IMG/VR virus record: IMGVR_UViG_3300045988_155769
Reading direction: 5' to 3' (one strand)
From: a virus
DNA length: 35,729 nucleotides
Part shown: piece after piece, positions 23,002 through 32,393 of the stretch
Position numbering within the stretch: position 1 is the first letter of the stretch
Layout: every line of letters begins with the position of its first letter
Translations under genes and position numbers: made by a program
The notes under the pieces: model-generated
Database searches by the model: none
What the model was told of the DNA's origin: nothing
The model's input: the letters and a program-made list of their open reading frames with translations, nothing else

Positions 23002-25815
23002 GTGGCGAGTAAAAAAACCGGAGTAGAATTGGAATTTAGTATTCTCGATGATGGTTTTACTAAATCTATTAGAGAAATGAATACCGCATTATCATCAATG
23101 AAAAAGGAACTTAATCTTGAGAACGAGGTTTTAAAAAATTCTGGTTCAACTGTTAATGACTATAAAAATAAATTACAGACATTAAAAGAACAAGAAGAAT
23201 TATCAAGACAAAAGGTTGAAGAAACTAGAGTAGCATACGAAAAAGTTAAAAATATAATGGGTGAAAATTCAGCAGAGGCAGCAAAGTATAAAAATAAACT
23301 TACTGATGCGGAATTGGAACATCAAAAGATAACAAATGCTATTGATAAAACAGAAAAAGCCTTAGTAGAACAGGAAGAAGCCTTAAAAGATAATGAAAGG
23401 AAAAGTCGAGAATTAAACTCTGCATACGGGACATTAACAACAACTATAAGCGACCAAAAAAGTCGTTTAGAAAGTTTAAAAAGGCAATATATTAGTACCG
23501 TTTTGGAACAGGGAAAAGGCTCTACTCAAGCAAAAAATCTAAAAAGTGAAATTAAAAATTTATCAGCAGAAATAAATAATAACGAATCGAAACTTAATTC
23601 CGCAACTAAAGAGGTTGAGAAATTTGGAGAAGCCGAAGAAGATGCGGGAAAAAAATCAATAACCTTTAAAGATCTAATTAAAGCCAATCTATTAAGTGAC
23701 TTTATTAAATCGGGATTAAAGGAAATTGTTAATCTTGCAAAATCTATTGGAAGTACGTTTGTAAATATAGGAAAGCAAGCTCTTACAAGTTATGCTGATT
23801 ATGAGCAACTAATCGGTGGAGTCGAAACTTTGCTTGGTGCTAAAGGTGCAAAGTCAATTGAAGAATACGCCGAATTAGTAGGTAAATCGGTCGATGATGT
23901 AAGAGGGGAATATGCTAAACTAGAACAATCTCAAAAATTAGTTGTAGCAAATGCAAATAATGCATATAAAACATCTGGATTAAATGCAAATCAATATATG
24001 GAAACAATCACAGGTTTTAGTGCAAGTTTGCTTCAATCATTAGGTGGCGATACCATTGAAGCCGCAAAAGTTGGTGATATGGCAGTTACTGATATGAGCG
24101 ACAATGCTAGTAAAATGGGTACATCAATAGAAAATATCCAAAATGCTTACCAGGGATTTGCTAAACAAAATTATACTATGTTAGATAACTTGAAATTAGG
24201 GTATGGTGGAACTAAAACCGAAATGGAGCGTTTGCTTTCTGATGCCGAGAAACTAACTGGTGTTAAATATGATATTAATAATTTAAGCGATGTATATAAT
24301 GCTATTCATGTTATACAGGGAGAATTAGGAATAACAGGAACAACGGCAAAGGAAGCAATGTTTACTATTTCAGGATCTGCATCAGCAACAAAATCAGCAT
24401 GGAGTAATTTAATTACTGGAATTGCAGATGATAATGCCGATTTCGATCAATTAGTAAATAATTTAATTGATTCATTAATTGGAACAGTAGATGAATCTGG
24501 TGAGAGAGTTGGAGGACTATTGAATAATATTCTTCCAAGAGTAAGCACTATAATTACAGGTATTAGTGATTTAGTTTTATCTTTTATTAATACCGTATTA
24601 CCAGAATTGTTGGCTCAAATAGGTCCAATAATCATTCAATTAATCCCACAATTGATGACAACTATAAATACTATAATTTCATCTATTATTACTTATATTT
24701 CTACTAATGCCACAAGTATATCAAATACAATTGTTACTATCGTCACTCAATTAATTACAATAATTGCGAATAATCTTCCAGGGTTTATTACGGCGATAAT
24801 TCAAATAATCACTGGTCTAGCACAATGTCTTGGGGAGCAATTACCTACATTAATTCCTATTATTATCCAGGGACTTATAGATGCAGTAATGGCTTTACTT
24901 GATAACATTGATCTTATAATAGATGCAGGAATACAACTAATTATTGGTTTAGCAGATGGGCTTATCCAGGCTCTTCCAATTTTAATAGAGAAAATTCCTA
25001 TAATAATTGATAAGCTAATAAATGCAATAGTCAATAATTTACCTAAAATTATTGAAATAGGAATTGTACTTATTATAAAATTAGCAGCAGGATTAATACA
25101 GGCGATTCCACAATTGCTTGCAGCAATTCCTAAAATAATAGGATCATTGATAGATGGTGTTAAAAAATGGTATAGTAATATATTTAATTTAGGAAAAGAA
25201 TTATTAGGCAAATTAATAAGTGGAATAGGTGGTATGCTTGGATCATTAGCAAATAAAGCGAAAGAAATAGGTAGTACTGTAATAAATGGTATTAAAAATG
25301 TTCCAGGTCAAATGCTAAATTGGGGTAAAGATATGATTAGTGGTCTTGCAAATGGAATTAAATCTATGGCTAATAAAGTTAAAGATGCAGTTAGTGGTAT
25401 TGCAAATAAAATCAAAAGTTTCTTGCACTTTTCAAGACCAGATGAAGGTCCATTGAGAGAATATGAAAGTTGGATGCCAGATATGATCAGCGGATTAACA
25501 TCTTCATTAAAAAAGGCTAGTCCAGATTTAATTGAAGAAACAAAGCAAATTGCAAGTTCATTAAATGATGCTATTCATTCGGGTGTATCTACTGATTTGA
25601 AATTTGATACAAGCATGTATAATGCTTATTCTAATGAATCAAATAGACCAACTAATAATATTACTGATACCTCATCATACGATCCAGGACAAGTTGCACC
25701 AATTTATCTAAATATCGAAAACTTTAATAATAACAGAGAACAAGATATTGAAGATTTATCAGAAGAATTAGAATTTTATAGAATGAAAATCAACTATGGA
25801 AAGGGGAATGCTTAA
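23002..25815 (+). CDS. Tape measure protein
   Basis: A 937-aa protein with an N-terminal coiled coil, a central hydrophobic I/L/G-rich region and a GTG start after GAGAGGTGA. Confidence 0.9.
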   Translation: MASKKTGVELEFSILDDGFTKSIREMNTALSSMKKELNLENEVLKNSGSTVNDYKNKLQTLKEQEELSRQKVEETRVAYEKVKNIMGENSAEAAKYKNKLTDAELEHQKITNAIDKTEKALVEQEEALKDNERKSRELNSAYGTLTTTISDQKSRLESLKRQYISTVLEQGKGSTQAKNLKSEIKNLSAEINNNESKLNSATKEVEKFGEAEEDAGKKSITFKDLIKANLLSDFIKSGLKEIVNLAKSIGSTFVNIGKQALTSYADYEQLIGGVETLLGAKGAKSIEEYAELVGKSVDDVRGEYAKLEQSQKLVVANANNAYKTSGLNANQYMETITGFSASLLQSLGGDTIEAAKVGDMAVTDMSDNASKMGTSIENIQNAYQGFAKQNYTMLDNLKLGYGGTKTEMERLLSDAEKLTGVKYDINNLSDVYNAIHVIQGELGITGTTAKEAMFTISGSASATKSAWSNLITGIADDNADFDQLVNNLIDSLIGTVDESGERVGGLLNNILPRVSTIITGISDLVLSFINTVLPELLAQIGPIIIQLIPQLMTTINTIISSIITYISTNATSISNTIVTIVTQLITIIANNLPGFITAIIQIITGLAQCLGEQLPTLIPIIIQGLIDAVMALLDNIDLIIDAGIQLIIGLADGLIQALPILIEKIPIIIDKLINAIVNNLPKIIEIGIVLIIKLAAGLIQAIPQLLAAIPKIIGSLIDGVKKWYSNIFNLGKELLGKLISGIGGMLGSLANKAKEIGSTVINGIKNVPGQMLNWGKDMISGLANGIKSMANKVKDAVSGIANKIKSFLHFSRPDEGPLREYESWMPDMISGLTSSLKKASPDLIEETKQIASSLNDAIHSGVSTDLKFDTSMYNAYSNESNRPTNNITDTSSYDPGQVAPIYLNIENFNNNREQDIEDLSEELEFYRMKINYGKGNA

Positions 25816-26504
25816 TGAATTATTTTATATTTATCAAGAATGGTAAGATGTACGATTCAAGGGACTATGGAATAGGTTGCGGTGGCTTCCCCGATATAGT
25901 TATTCCAAGAAAAAGAATAACAATTGAGTCATTACCTGGAAGGAGTGGATCCTTAACAAGTACAGACGATTGTTATGATAGTTATACAAAAGCCATTGAA
26001 TGTTACATGGAGGACGATGTATATAAAGATTTATCCTGGTTAAGTGGTAGTGGCGAGTTAGTATTATCAAATGAGTTAGAACGTGAATATGATGTGACTT
26101 TGAAAAATAATATTGAATTATCACAAATTGCTACATATTGGCGAAACTTTATTTTAAATTTTGAAGTTCAGCCATTTAAAAAGAGTAGAGATAAAAAGAC
26201 TCTAATCTATCGAGATAAAGAATTTATGTTTAGAATCGGTGGCAATGCGAGGGCATTACCAATTATCTATTTAACAGGTACTGGTGATATTGATTTAACT
26301 ATTAATGGAAAAACATTTAAAATAAAAAATTTAAAAACGACTATTATGATTGATTCCGAGTTACAAGTTGTGATGGAGGGTGAGGAAAATGCTCTTCCTA
26401 AAACAAATGGCGACTTTCCAGAATTAATTCCAGGTCTTAATAAATTTCAAATTACAGGTAATTTATTAAATATTAAGATCAAATATCAGGAAACTTATTT
26501 ATGA
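25815..26504 (+). CDS. Distal tail protein (Dit)
   Basis: Position directly after the TMP, and size. Confidence 0.7.
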   Translation: MNYFIFIKNGKMYDSRDYGIGCGGFPDIVIPRKRITIESLPGRSGSLTSTDDCYDSYTKAIECYMEDDVYKDLSWLSGSGELVLSNELEREYDVTLKNNIELSQIATYWRNFILNFEVQPFKKSRDKKTLIYRDKEFMFRIGGNARALPIIYLTGTGDIDLTINGKTFKIKNLKTTIMIDSELQVVMEGEENALPKTNGDFPELIPGLNKFQITGNLLNIKIKYQETYL

Positions 26505-28312
26505 TAAGAATTTATAAAAATGATTGTGATGATTTTAATAATAATGGTCTTGGTATTCTATCAGACTTTAAAACATCACCTAAGATTAAAGAATCATTAA
26601 ATGGTAGTTTTGAATTATCTTTTGATTATGCCTTAAAAGGGCAAAATGCTGAATATCTTGTTGTAGATAACGTTATCAAGGCACCATACGATAGCAGTTA
26701 TCAGTTATTTAGAATCAAAAAAGTAAAACCTACTTTAACAAAGATAAATGTATATGCGGTGCATATATTTTATGATTTATCAGAAAACTTTTTAATGGAC
26801 GTTGCACCAACTAAAAAGACAGGAGTTAATGCTATTGCTTGGCTTTTAGAAAATGCAATGTTTCCGACAAAGTTTAGTGTAACTGGTGATTTAATTCCAG
26901 ATAATTCGGCAAGATATGTTCGTAAGAATATTGTCGATGCTATTTTAGGAGCCGATAACTGTGTTGTTAAAAGATGGGGTGGAGAAATTGAAAGAGATAA
27001 TTTTAGAATTATCTATCATAAACAAAGAGGTGAAGATAAAGGTGTTTATATCAAACATGGTAAAAATATCAAAGATATTGAAATATCAATTGATTTCACC
27101 TCTGTTATAACTCGTGTAGTCCCACAGGGTGCTAACGAGTTATTATTACCAGAATATTATGTCGATTCACCATTGATTAAAACTTATAGAAATCCAATTG
27201 TTGCTAAATATGAATTTGGCGATATTAAGGTGGATGAAGATACGACAGAAGAACAGGCTTATCAAAAATTAAGAGATGCAGCCAATGAATTATTTACTAA
27301 ACAGGGAATAGATAAGCCATCAATTAGTGTTAGAGTCAATTGGCTAGAACTATCTAAAACAGAAGAATATAGGTATAAATATAGTAATTTTGAGTCTGTA
27401 AGACTTGGTGATACTGTTACAGTACAAGCATTAGGATATGAATATAAAATTCGTGTTATTACAGTTGAATATGATTGCTTATTAAATAGATATACATCTT
27501 TTGAAATTGGTGATCCTAAAGCCGATTATGTATCTAATCAAACTCAAAGTATTACTTATGAGATTCAAAAGAGCACGTCTAGTTTATTAGATCAAGCAAG
27601 ACAAGCAGCAACGGCTTTGATTAATAACGGATTTGGAGGACATGTTAGAATCTATCCAGATAGAATTTTAATAATGGATACCGAAGACGAATCAACAGCA
27701 CGTAATGTTTGGCAATGGAACTTAAATGGATTTGCTCACTCTAAAACGGGAATTAACGGCGATTATGGGACCGCAATAACTATTGATGGTCAAATAGTAG
27801 CCGATAAAATCACATCAGGAACAATGGATGTTCAAAGAATCAATGGACTAGCAACAGAACTTGGAAGAATCAATGCTTCAATAGAATTAAATGAGAATAA
27901 TATTCAAGCATGTGTTAAGGCATCTGATTTCAATCATGATAAGCAGATATTAAATGAAAATATGGAATTATTAAAGCAACAACAATTAGATCTAGTTGCA
28001 ACAAGTGAATCATTATCAATCAATATTAGATCATTGGTTGAAAATGGTATGAATCGATTAAAGAATACTATGTTTGAAATTACAGATGAAGGTATGAGAA
28101 TTGCAAATGATCAAGACGAATTCAATGCTTTATATAATAACAAAGGATCTTATTTATATTCTTATGACAAGTTAGTTGCTAAATATGATAAAGACGGAGG
28201 CGAGAGTCCCGTTTTTGCAGTTACAGAAGAATTTAATATGTTAGGTATTAAATTTGAAAAAGAAATCGAAAATAACGAACAAGTTATTATGGGACATTGG
28301 CAAGGATGGTGA
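26501..28312 (+). CDS. Tail-associated protein (Tal, prophage-tail endopeptidase family)
   Basis: Position after Dit, a 603-aa length and an N-terminus typical of siphovirus Tal proteins. Confidence 0.7.
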   Translation: MIRIYKNDCDDFNNNGLGILSDFKTSPKIKESLNGSFELSFDYALKGQNAEYLVVDNVIKAPYDSSYQLFRIKKVKPTLTKINVYAVHIFYDLSENFLMDVAPTKKTGVNAIAWLLENAMFPTKFSVTGDLIPDNSARYVRKNIVDAILGADNCVVKRWGGEIERDNFRIIYHKQRGEDKGVYIKHGKNIKDIEISIDFTSVITRVVPQGANELLLPEYYVDSPLIKTYRNPIVAKYEFGDIKVDEDTTEEQAYQKLRDAANELFTKQGIDKPSISVRVNWLELSKTEEYRYKYSNFESVRLGDTVTVQALGYEYKIRVITVEYDCLLNRYTSFEIGDPKADYVSNQTQSITYEIQKSTSSLLDQARQAATALINNGFGGHVRIYPDRILIMDTEDESTARNVWQWNLNGFAHSKTGINGDYGTAITIDGQIVADKITSGTMDVQRINGLATELGRINASIELNENNIQACVKASDFNHDKQILNENMELLKQQQLDLVATSESLSINIRSLVENGMNRLKNTMFEITDEGMRIANDQDEFNALYNNKGSYLYSYDKLVAKYDKDGGESPVFAVTEEFNMLGIKFEKEIENNEQVIMGHWQGW

Positions 28313-28318
28313 TAGATA

Positions 28319-29944
28319 GTGAATGGTGGGACAGCAGTATTAGTCAAAAGCGGTAGATCTAACTATGGTAGTGGATTTAACATTAACTTATATGTTTATC
28401 ATAAACAAGTCTATCAAGATATAGCCAATAACTACACTAGAGTCGGTTTAGGAATGTATGTTCAAACACCAGGAACAAATTATACGATTGCATGGACTGA
28501 TTTTGGTTCTTATATTGGAATTAGTGGTGTAGGAACAAATAATTTTTCAGCAGGAGTTAACTACCAAGGTGGAACTATTTGGCTTATTACCAATCAGGAA
28601 TTTAATGTTTATCACAATTCAGATGGTACAAGATGGATAGATATTATATGGTCTTGGGGAGTTAATTCATCTTGGGGACAATTCGTTAAACCTAGTGGTA
28701 GTTTTGGAACAGGATTAAATAGAATACCAAGAACATCATCAGTATCATGTACTGATTTTAATATCGGTAGTGCAGCAACAATAAATATTAATAGAAATTC
28801 AAGTTCATTTACTCATACACTTACTTATTCGTTTGGTAATCAATCAGGAACGATTGCTAATAAAACGGGAGCCACGAGTGTTGGATGGCAAACACCAACA
28901 TCTTTATTCTCACAAATACCAAATACAACAAGTGGATGGGGAACAATAACATGCTATACATATTCAGGTGATACTTTAATAGGTACATCAACTTGTAGAT
29001 TTAATGCTTATGTTGTTAATAGTAATCCTAGTGTATCAGTATCAATAGTTGATGCAAATGCAAAAACGAAGAATTTAACAGGTAATGAAAATAAACTTGT
29101 TAAATATTATAGTAATGCAAAAATTACTATAAATGCGACCGCATTAAACTCATCATCTATCAAAAGTTATTCTATAAAATGTGATGATGGTAAAAATTCT
29201 ACATCATCATCAGCAACATTTAATAAAGTTGAAAGTGGTAAGTTTACAATTGTGGTAACAGATAGTAGAGGACTATCCACGACTCTAAACGTTTCTAAAA
29301 CATTGATAGACTACATTAAGTTAGCCTTTACAGACGTAAAAGTTAAGAGAGAGTCATCTACATCGTCAAAAGTATATTTAACTTATACAGGGCAGTATTT
29401 TAGTAAATCATTTGGTGAATTATTAAATACATTATTAGTTCGTTATAGAACTAGAATAAAAGATGGAACTTGGAGTGCATATAAAGAATTAAATCCAACA
29501 ATTAATGATAAAACTTTTTCACAATCCAATTTCTTAATTGGCAGTGATTTTTCATATCATAATAATTATGAATTTGAAATTGTCGCATCTGATAAATTAA
29601 TAAGTGATAGTGAAACACTTATTAAAAGAGATATTAAAATGGGTGAGGGATTATTTGAAATAAGAAAAGAATTATTTGGTATTCATGGAACATTTGAATC
29701 CGATTCTAAACCGTTAACTCAAAAGGATCTAAATAGTTGTATTTCAAGAACATATTTTGCAACATGTATAAAATGTCATAATACACCAAATAATAGCGAA
29801 TTTGGTTATTTACTTAATATATCGAGAAATGGAACAGATGAAAGAGAATTGTATAACAAACAATTCTTTTTTGATGGGACATCTAACGATATTTATGTAA
29901 GAACTATGAATAATAAGTCCTGGTTAAATTGGATAAAAGTATAG
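28319..29944 (+). CDS. Baseplate / receptor-binding-associated tail protein (DUF859-like N-terminus)
   Basis: GTG start. The N-terminal SGRSNYGSGFNINLYV...YTRVGLGMYV is typical of siphovirus baseplate proteins, and the rest is S/T/N-rich beta sequence. Confidence 0.6.
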   Translation: MNGGTAVLVKSGRSNYGSGFNINLYVYHKQVYQDIANNYTRVGLGMYVQTPGTNYTIAWTDFGSYIGISGVGTNNFSAGVNYQGGTIWLITNQEFNVYHNSDGTRWIDIIWSWGVNSSWGQFVKPSGSFGTGLNRIPRTSSVSCTDFNIGSAATININRNSSSFTHTLTYSFGNQSGTIANKTGATSVGWQTPTSLFSQIPNTTSGWGTITCYTYSGDTLIGTSTCRFNAYVVNSNPSVSVSIVDANAKTKNLTGNENKLVKYYSNAKITINATALNSSSIKSYSIKCDDGKNSTSSSATFNKVESGKFTIVVTDSRGLSTTLNVSKTLIDYIKLAFTDVKVKRESSTSSKVYLTYTGQYFSKSFGELLNTLLVRYRTRIKDGTWSAYKELNPTINDKTFSQSNFLIGSDFSYHNNYEFEIVASDKLISDSETLIKRDIKMGEGLFEIRKELFGIHGTFESDSKPLTQKDLNSCISRTYFATCIKCHNTPNNSEFGYLLNISRNGTDERELYNKQFFFDGTSNDIYVRTMNNKSWLNWIKV

Positions 29945-29955
29945 GAGGATAGAAA

Positions 29956-30294
29956 ATGCTTATAGAATTTCCTAGAGGCGATTATAAATCGTTATCGATA
30001 ACTATTACCGGTTATGCAGGAAAAATTGAGGAGTTGTATTTCACAGTAAAAGAAAATGCGAATTCAAGTAATGTTATCTTGCAAAAGAAAATTGGTGATG
30101 GGATCGAGTATTCAGAAGAAATCAAAAAGTATGTTTTAAAGTTCGAGCCTGGCGATACAGACAAATTAGAAATGAATAAAATATATGGTTTTGATTTTGA
30201 GGTTGTAGCAGAAAAGAAAAAACTAAAGAAAACATTTACAGGGCAATTTCATTTAACAAATGAATATACCCATACGAAAGATGAGGTGGAGTAA
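29956..30294 (+). CDS. Small tail-associated protein (beta-rich)
   Basis: AGGAGGA RBS. The position between tail-fibre genes supports this. Confidence 0.55.
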   Translation: MLIEFPRGDYKSLSITITGYAGKIEELYFTVKENANSSNVILQKKIGDGIEYSEEIKKYVLKFEPGDTDKLEMNKIYGFDFEVVAEKKKLKKTFTGQFHLTNEYTHTKDEVE

Positions 30295-31998
30295 ATGGAA
30301 GATCTTAATTTATCATTCGACGATATAGAGTTTTATAAAGGTACAAGTTTTTATGTTGCGGGTACTTGGAACAACACAACAAAGTATCATAATAACTCTA
30401 GCAGAATCGATGTAGTATCTCATAATGGTAATTCTTACACGGCTTTAAAGGATAATACAAATATAGAGCCCGGAACAGATAACACAGTATGGCAATTGAT
30501 GGCAAAAGCTGGCGATACTGGAACGATTGAGGTTGGGACAGTAGAAACAGTTGCAGCAGGTCAAAAAGCCACAGTAACAAACGTAGGAACGGCTCATAAA
30601 GCAAGATTAAACTTCAAAATACCAAAGGGCGAAGATGGCTCAACAGAAATTACTAATATCGACGAATTAGAAAATTATGTATATTATGGTGTAAGACGTA
30701 GAGTCAATCAAAATAGTTCAAGTGCCTGGGAAAGAACAGGAAGTGGAATTGGTAAAATAGCAAATGCTACTAAAAATGGCGATGCAGTAGTTAATGACTT
30801 TGATAATATTTATCCATGGTCAGATATAATTACTTGTAATGTAGATCCAAGCACAAATGAGGTCAAAGCATTTATTGGTGATCCAACCTTTGATTTTACA
30901 GGTAATAATGGCGAGGTAATGACACGAATTCCAGAGTTTTATTGGAAACGTTATGTAAAAGATGGATACGAATATATCAACATTTCAAGACACCATTTAG
31001 CAGATTATATTAAAAGTCCGGAATTCTTTGTTGGAAGATATGATGCAAGTTATGATGGAACATCGTTACATAGTGTTACTGGTCAAGTTCCAGAGGTACA
31101 AAGAAATATTGCAGCATTTAGATCTTTGGCAAAAGCAAAAGGTGATAAATGGTGTCAAATGGATTATCATTATTTCTTATTGCAAATGCTATATTTAGTA
31201 GAATATGCTGATTATAACTCACAAAGTAAACTTGGTAATGGTATTGTAGGATGTAGAGTTAGTGATGCTGATAAGGCATTAGTTGCAGAGAACAATACAA
31301 ATAGAATTATTATTAATACAAGTGCTGCTAATAGTTTTATTGTAGGTCAGCAAGTGAGCATAGGTACAAGTTCAGCATGGAATTGGACTGTAGCAAAAAA
31401 TAGAACAATTTTAAGCAAAGAGGCTTACAATAGTGGTGGAATAACAGGTACCGCAATAACCTTTGATGGAGATCCAGTAAATATTGCTTTAAATAATGTT
31501 TTATGGACGACAGGACAAAAATCAGGGCAATGTGATAGTTTAGGAATGAAATCAGGATGCTTGAATAATGATAGTAAACATGCTATAATATATCGTGGAA
31601 TCGAGAATATATTCGGTAATATATGGCAATTTGTTGATGGTATTAATATAAAAGAACATCAGTCTTATGTATGTACTAATCCAAGTGAATATGTATCTGA
31701 TACTTTTGCAGCTCCATATAAGAAATTAGGATATGCAAATTCAAACACAAATGGGTATGCGATGTCACTTGGATATGATAAAGAAAATCCTTTATTTGCA
31801 TTAACAACAGAAGTTGGAGGTGCAAGTTCTACTTATATGACTGATTATTATTATCAAAATACAGGAAATAGAATTGCTTTGGTCGGCGGCACTTATAGTA
31901 ATAGTACTAATGCCGGCTTGTGGTATTGGTATATGAGCAATACGTCTGGTAATGCGAGTTGCGGCATCGGGGCTCGTCTTCTTAAATACCAGGATTAA
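30295..31998 (+). CDS. Tail fibre / receptor-binding protein, the DGR target (variable C-terminal lectin-like domain)
   Basis: It carries the VR at codons for IALVGGTYSNSTNAGLWYWYMSNTSGNASCGIGARLL, ending 4 codons before the stop. The N-terminus has fibre-type motifs (GDTGTIEVGTVETVAAGQKATVTNVGT). Confidence 0.85.
   Translation: MEDLNLSFDDIEFYKGTSFYVAGTWNNTTKYHNNSSRIDVVSHNGNSYTALKDNTNIEPGTDNTVWQLMAKAGDTGTIEVGTVETVAAGQKATVTNVGTAHKARLNFKIPKGEDGSTEITNIDELENYVYYGVRRRVNQNSSSAWERTGSGIGKIANATKNGDAVVNDFDNIYPWSDIITCNVDPSTNEVKAFIGDPTFDFTGNNGEVMTRIPEFYWKRYVKDGYEYINISRHHLADYIKSPEFFVGRYDASYDGTSLHSVTGQVPEVQRNIAAFRSLAKAKGDKWCQMDYHYFLLQMLYLVEYADYNSQSKLGNGIVGCRVSDADKALVAENNTNRIIINTSAANSFIVGQQVSIGTSSAWNWTVAKNRTILSKEAYNSGGITGTAITFDGDPVNIALNNVLWTTGQKSGQCDSLGMKSGCLNNDSKHAIIYRGIENIFGNIWQFVDGINIKEHQSYVCTNPSEYVSDTFAAPYKKLGYANSNTNGYAMSLGYDKENPLFALTTEVGGASSTYMTDYYYQNTGNRIALVGGTYSNSTNAGLWYWYMSNTSGNASCGIGARLLKYQD
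31874..31984 (+). repeat. DGR variable repeat (VR)
   Basis: Aligns without gaps to 32122-32232 (offset 248). There are 13 mismatches, all opposite template adenines. Confidence 0.9.
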
Positions 31999-32007
31999 GT
32001 GGGGGAA

Positions 32008-32026
32008 TGGGGGCGACCAGCCCCCA
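32008..32026 (+). promoter_or_regulatory. GC-rich hairpin 10 nt after the target-gene stop
   Basis: tgggggc-gacca-gccccca (7-bp stem). Confidence 0.6.
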
Positions 32027-32034
32027 ATATAAGA

Positions 32035-32050
32035 ATCGACGTAAGTCGAT
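32035..32050 (+). promoter_or_regulatory. Second hairpin with a GNRA-type loop
   Basis: atcgac-gtaa-gtcgat (6-bp stem, GTAA loop). Confidence 0.5.
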
Positions 32051-32121
32051 AAAATGTTTTTTGAAAATTAAAATATAGGGATTTGACATGTAGAGCGTCC
32101 GGTTTCGGTGAGGAGTTCACT

Positions 32122-32232
32122 TTGCTTTGGTCGGCGGCAATTATAATAATAATACTAATGCCGGCTTGTGGTATTGGAATATGAACAATACATCTAGTAA
32201 TACGAATTACAACATCGGGGCTCGTCTACTTA
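32122..32232 (+). repeat. DGR template repeat (TR)
   Basis: It has 34 adenines, 13 of them substituted in the VR. All 77 non-A positions are identical. It reads as 11 AAY codons in the VR frame and has no start codon of its own. Confidence 0.9.
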
Positions 32233-32393
32233 TATGAAAAAATAAATTTTATTACATGTCATCTTCCTTACCACTTGGTAAAAATTAGTCGTTCTGGGCT
32301 GGGCTAGTAGGTTTATCTCTTGAATATAGAATTTCTCGAAAACTCGGCAGACAAATATAAGAATTCCAGAAATATCAGAGGAAAAGATCAAAA
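32122..32393 (+). ncRNA. DGR template RNA (TR plus 161-nt TR-RT spacer)
   Basis: Inferred from DGR architecture. The noncoding spacer between TR and RT contains a small hairpin (ttacc-actt-ggtaa, 32268-32281). The 5' boundary is unknown. Confidence 0.5.

Noticed and set aside
29956-30294. 112-aa ORF upstream of the DGR target, considered as an Avd
   Set aside because: The sequence is beta-strand-like (LIEFPRGDYKSLSITITGY..., FDFEVVAEK) and not strongly basic. It is more consistent with a small tail or fibre-associated domain.
32061-32111. Possible promoter for the DGR RNA (TTGAAA at 32061 or TTGACA at 32083)
   Set aside because: Neither hexamer has a convincing -10 at 16-18 nt spacing. The TR may be transcribed by read-through from the late operon, so no promoter is called.
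32122-32237. The TR read as a protein-coding fragment (FALVGGNYNNNTNAGLWYWNMNNTSSNTNYNIGARLLI*)
   Set aside because: It has no start codon or RBS. It is a paralogous copy of the fibre 3' end whose only differences are at adenines. That is the template repeat, not a pseudogene.
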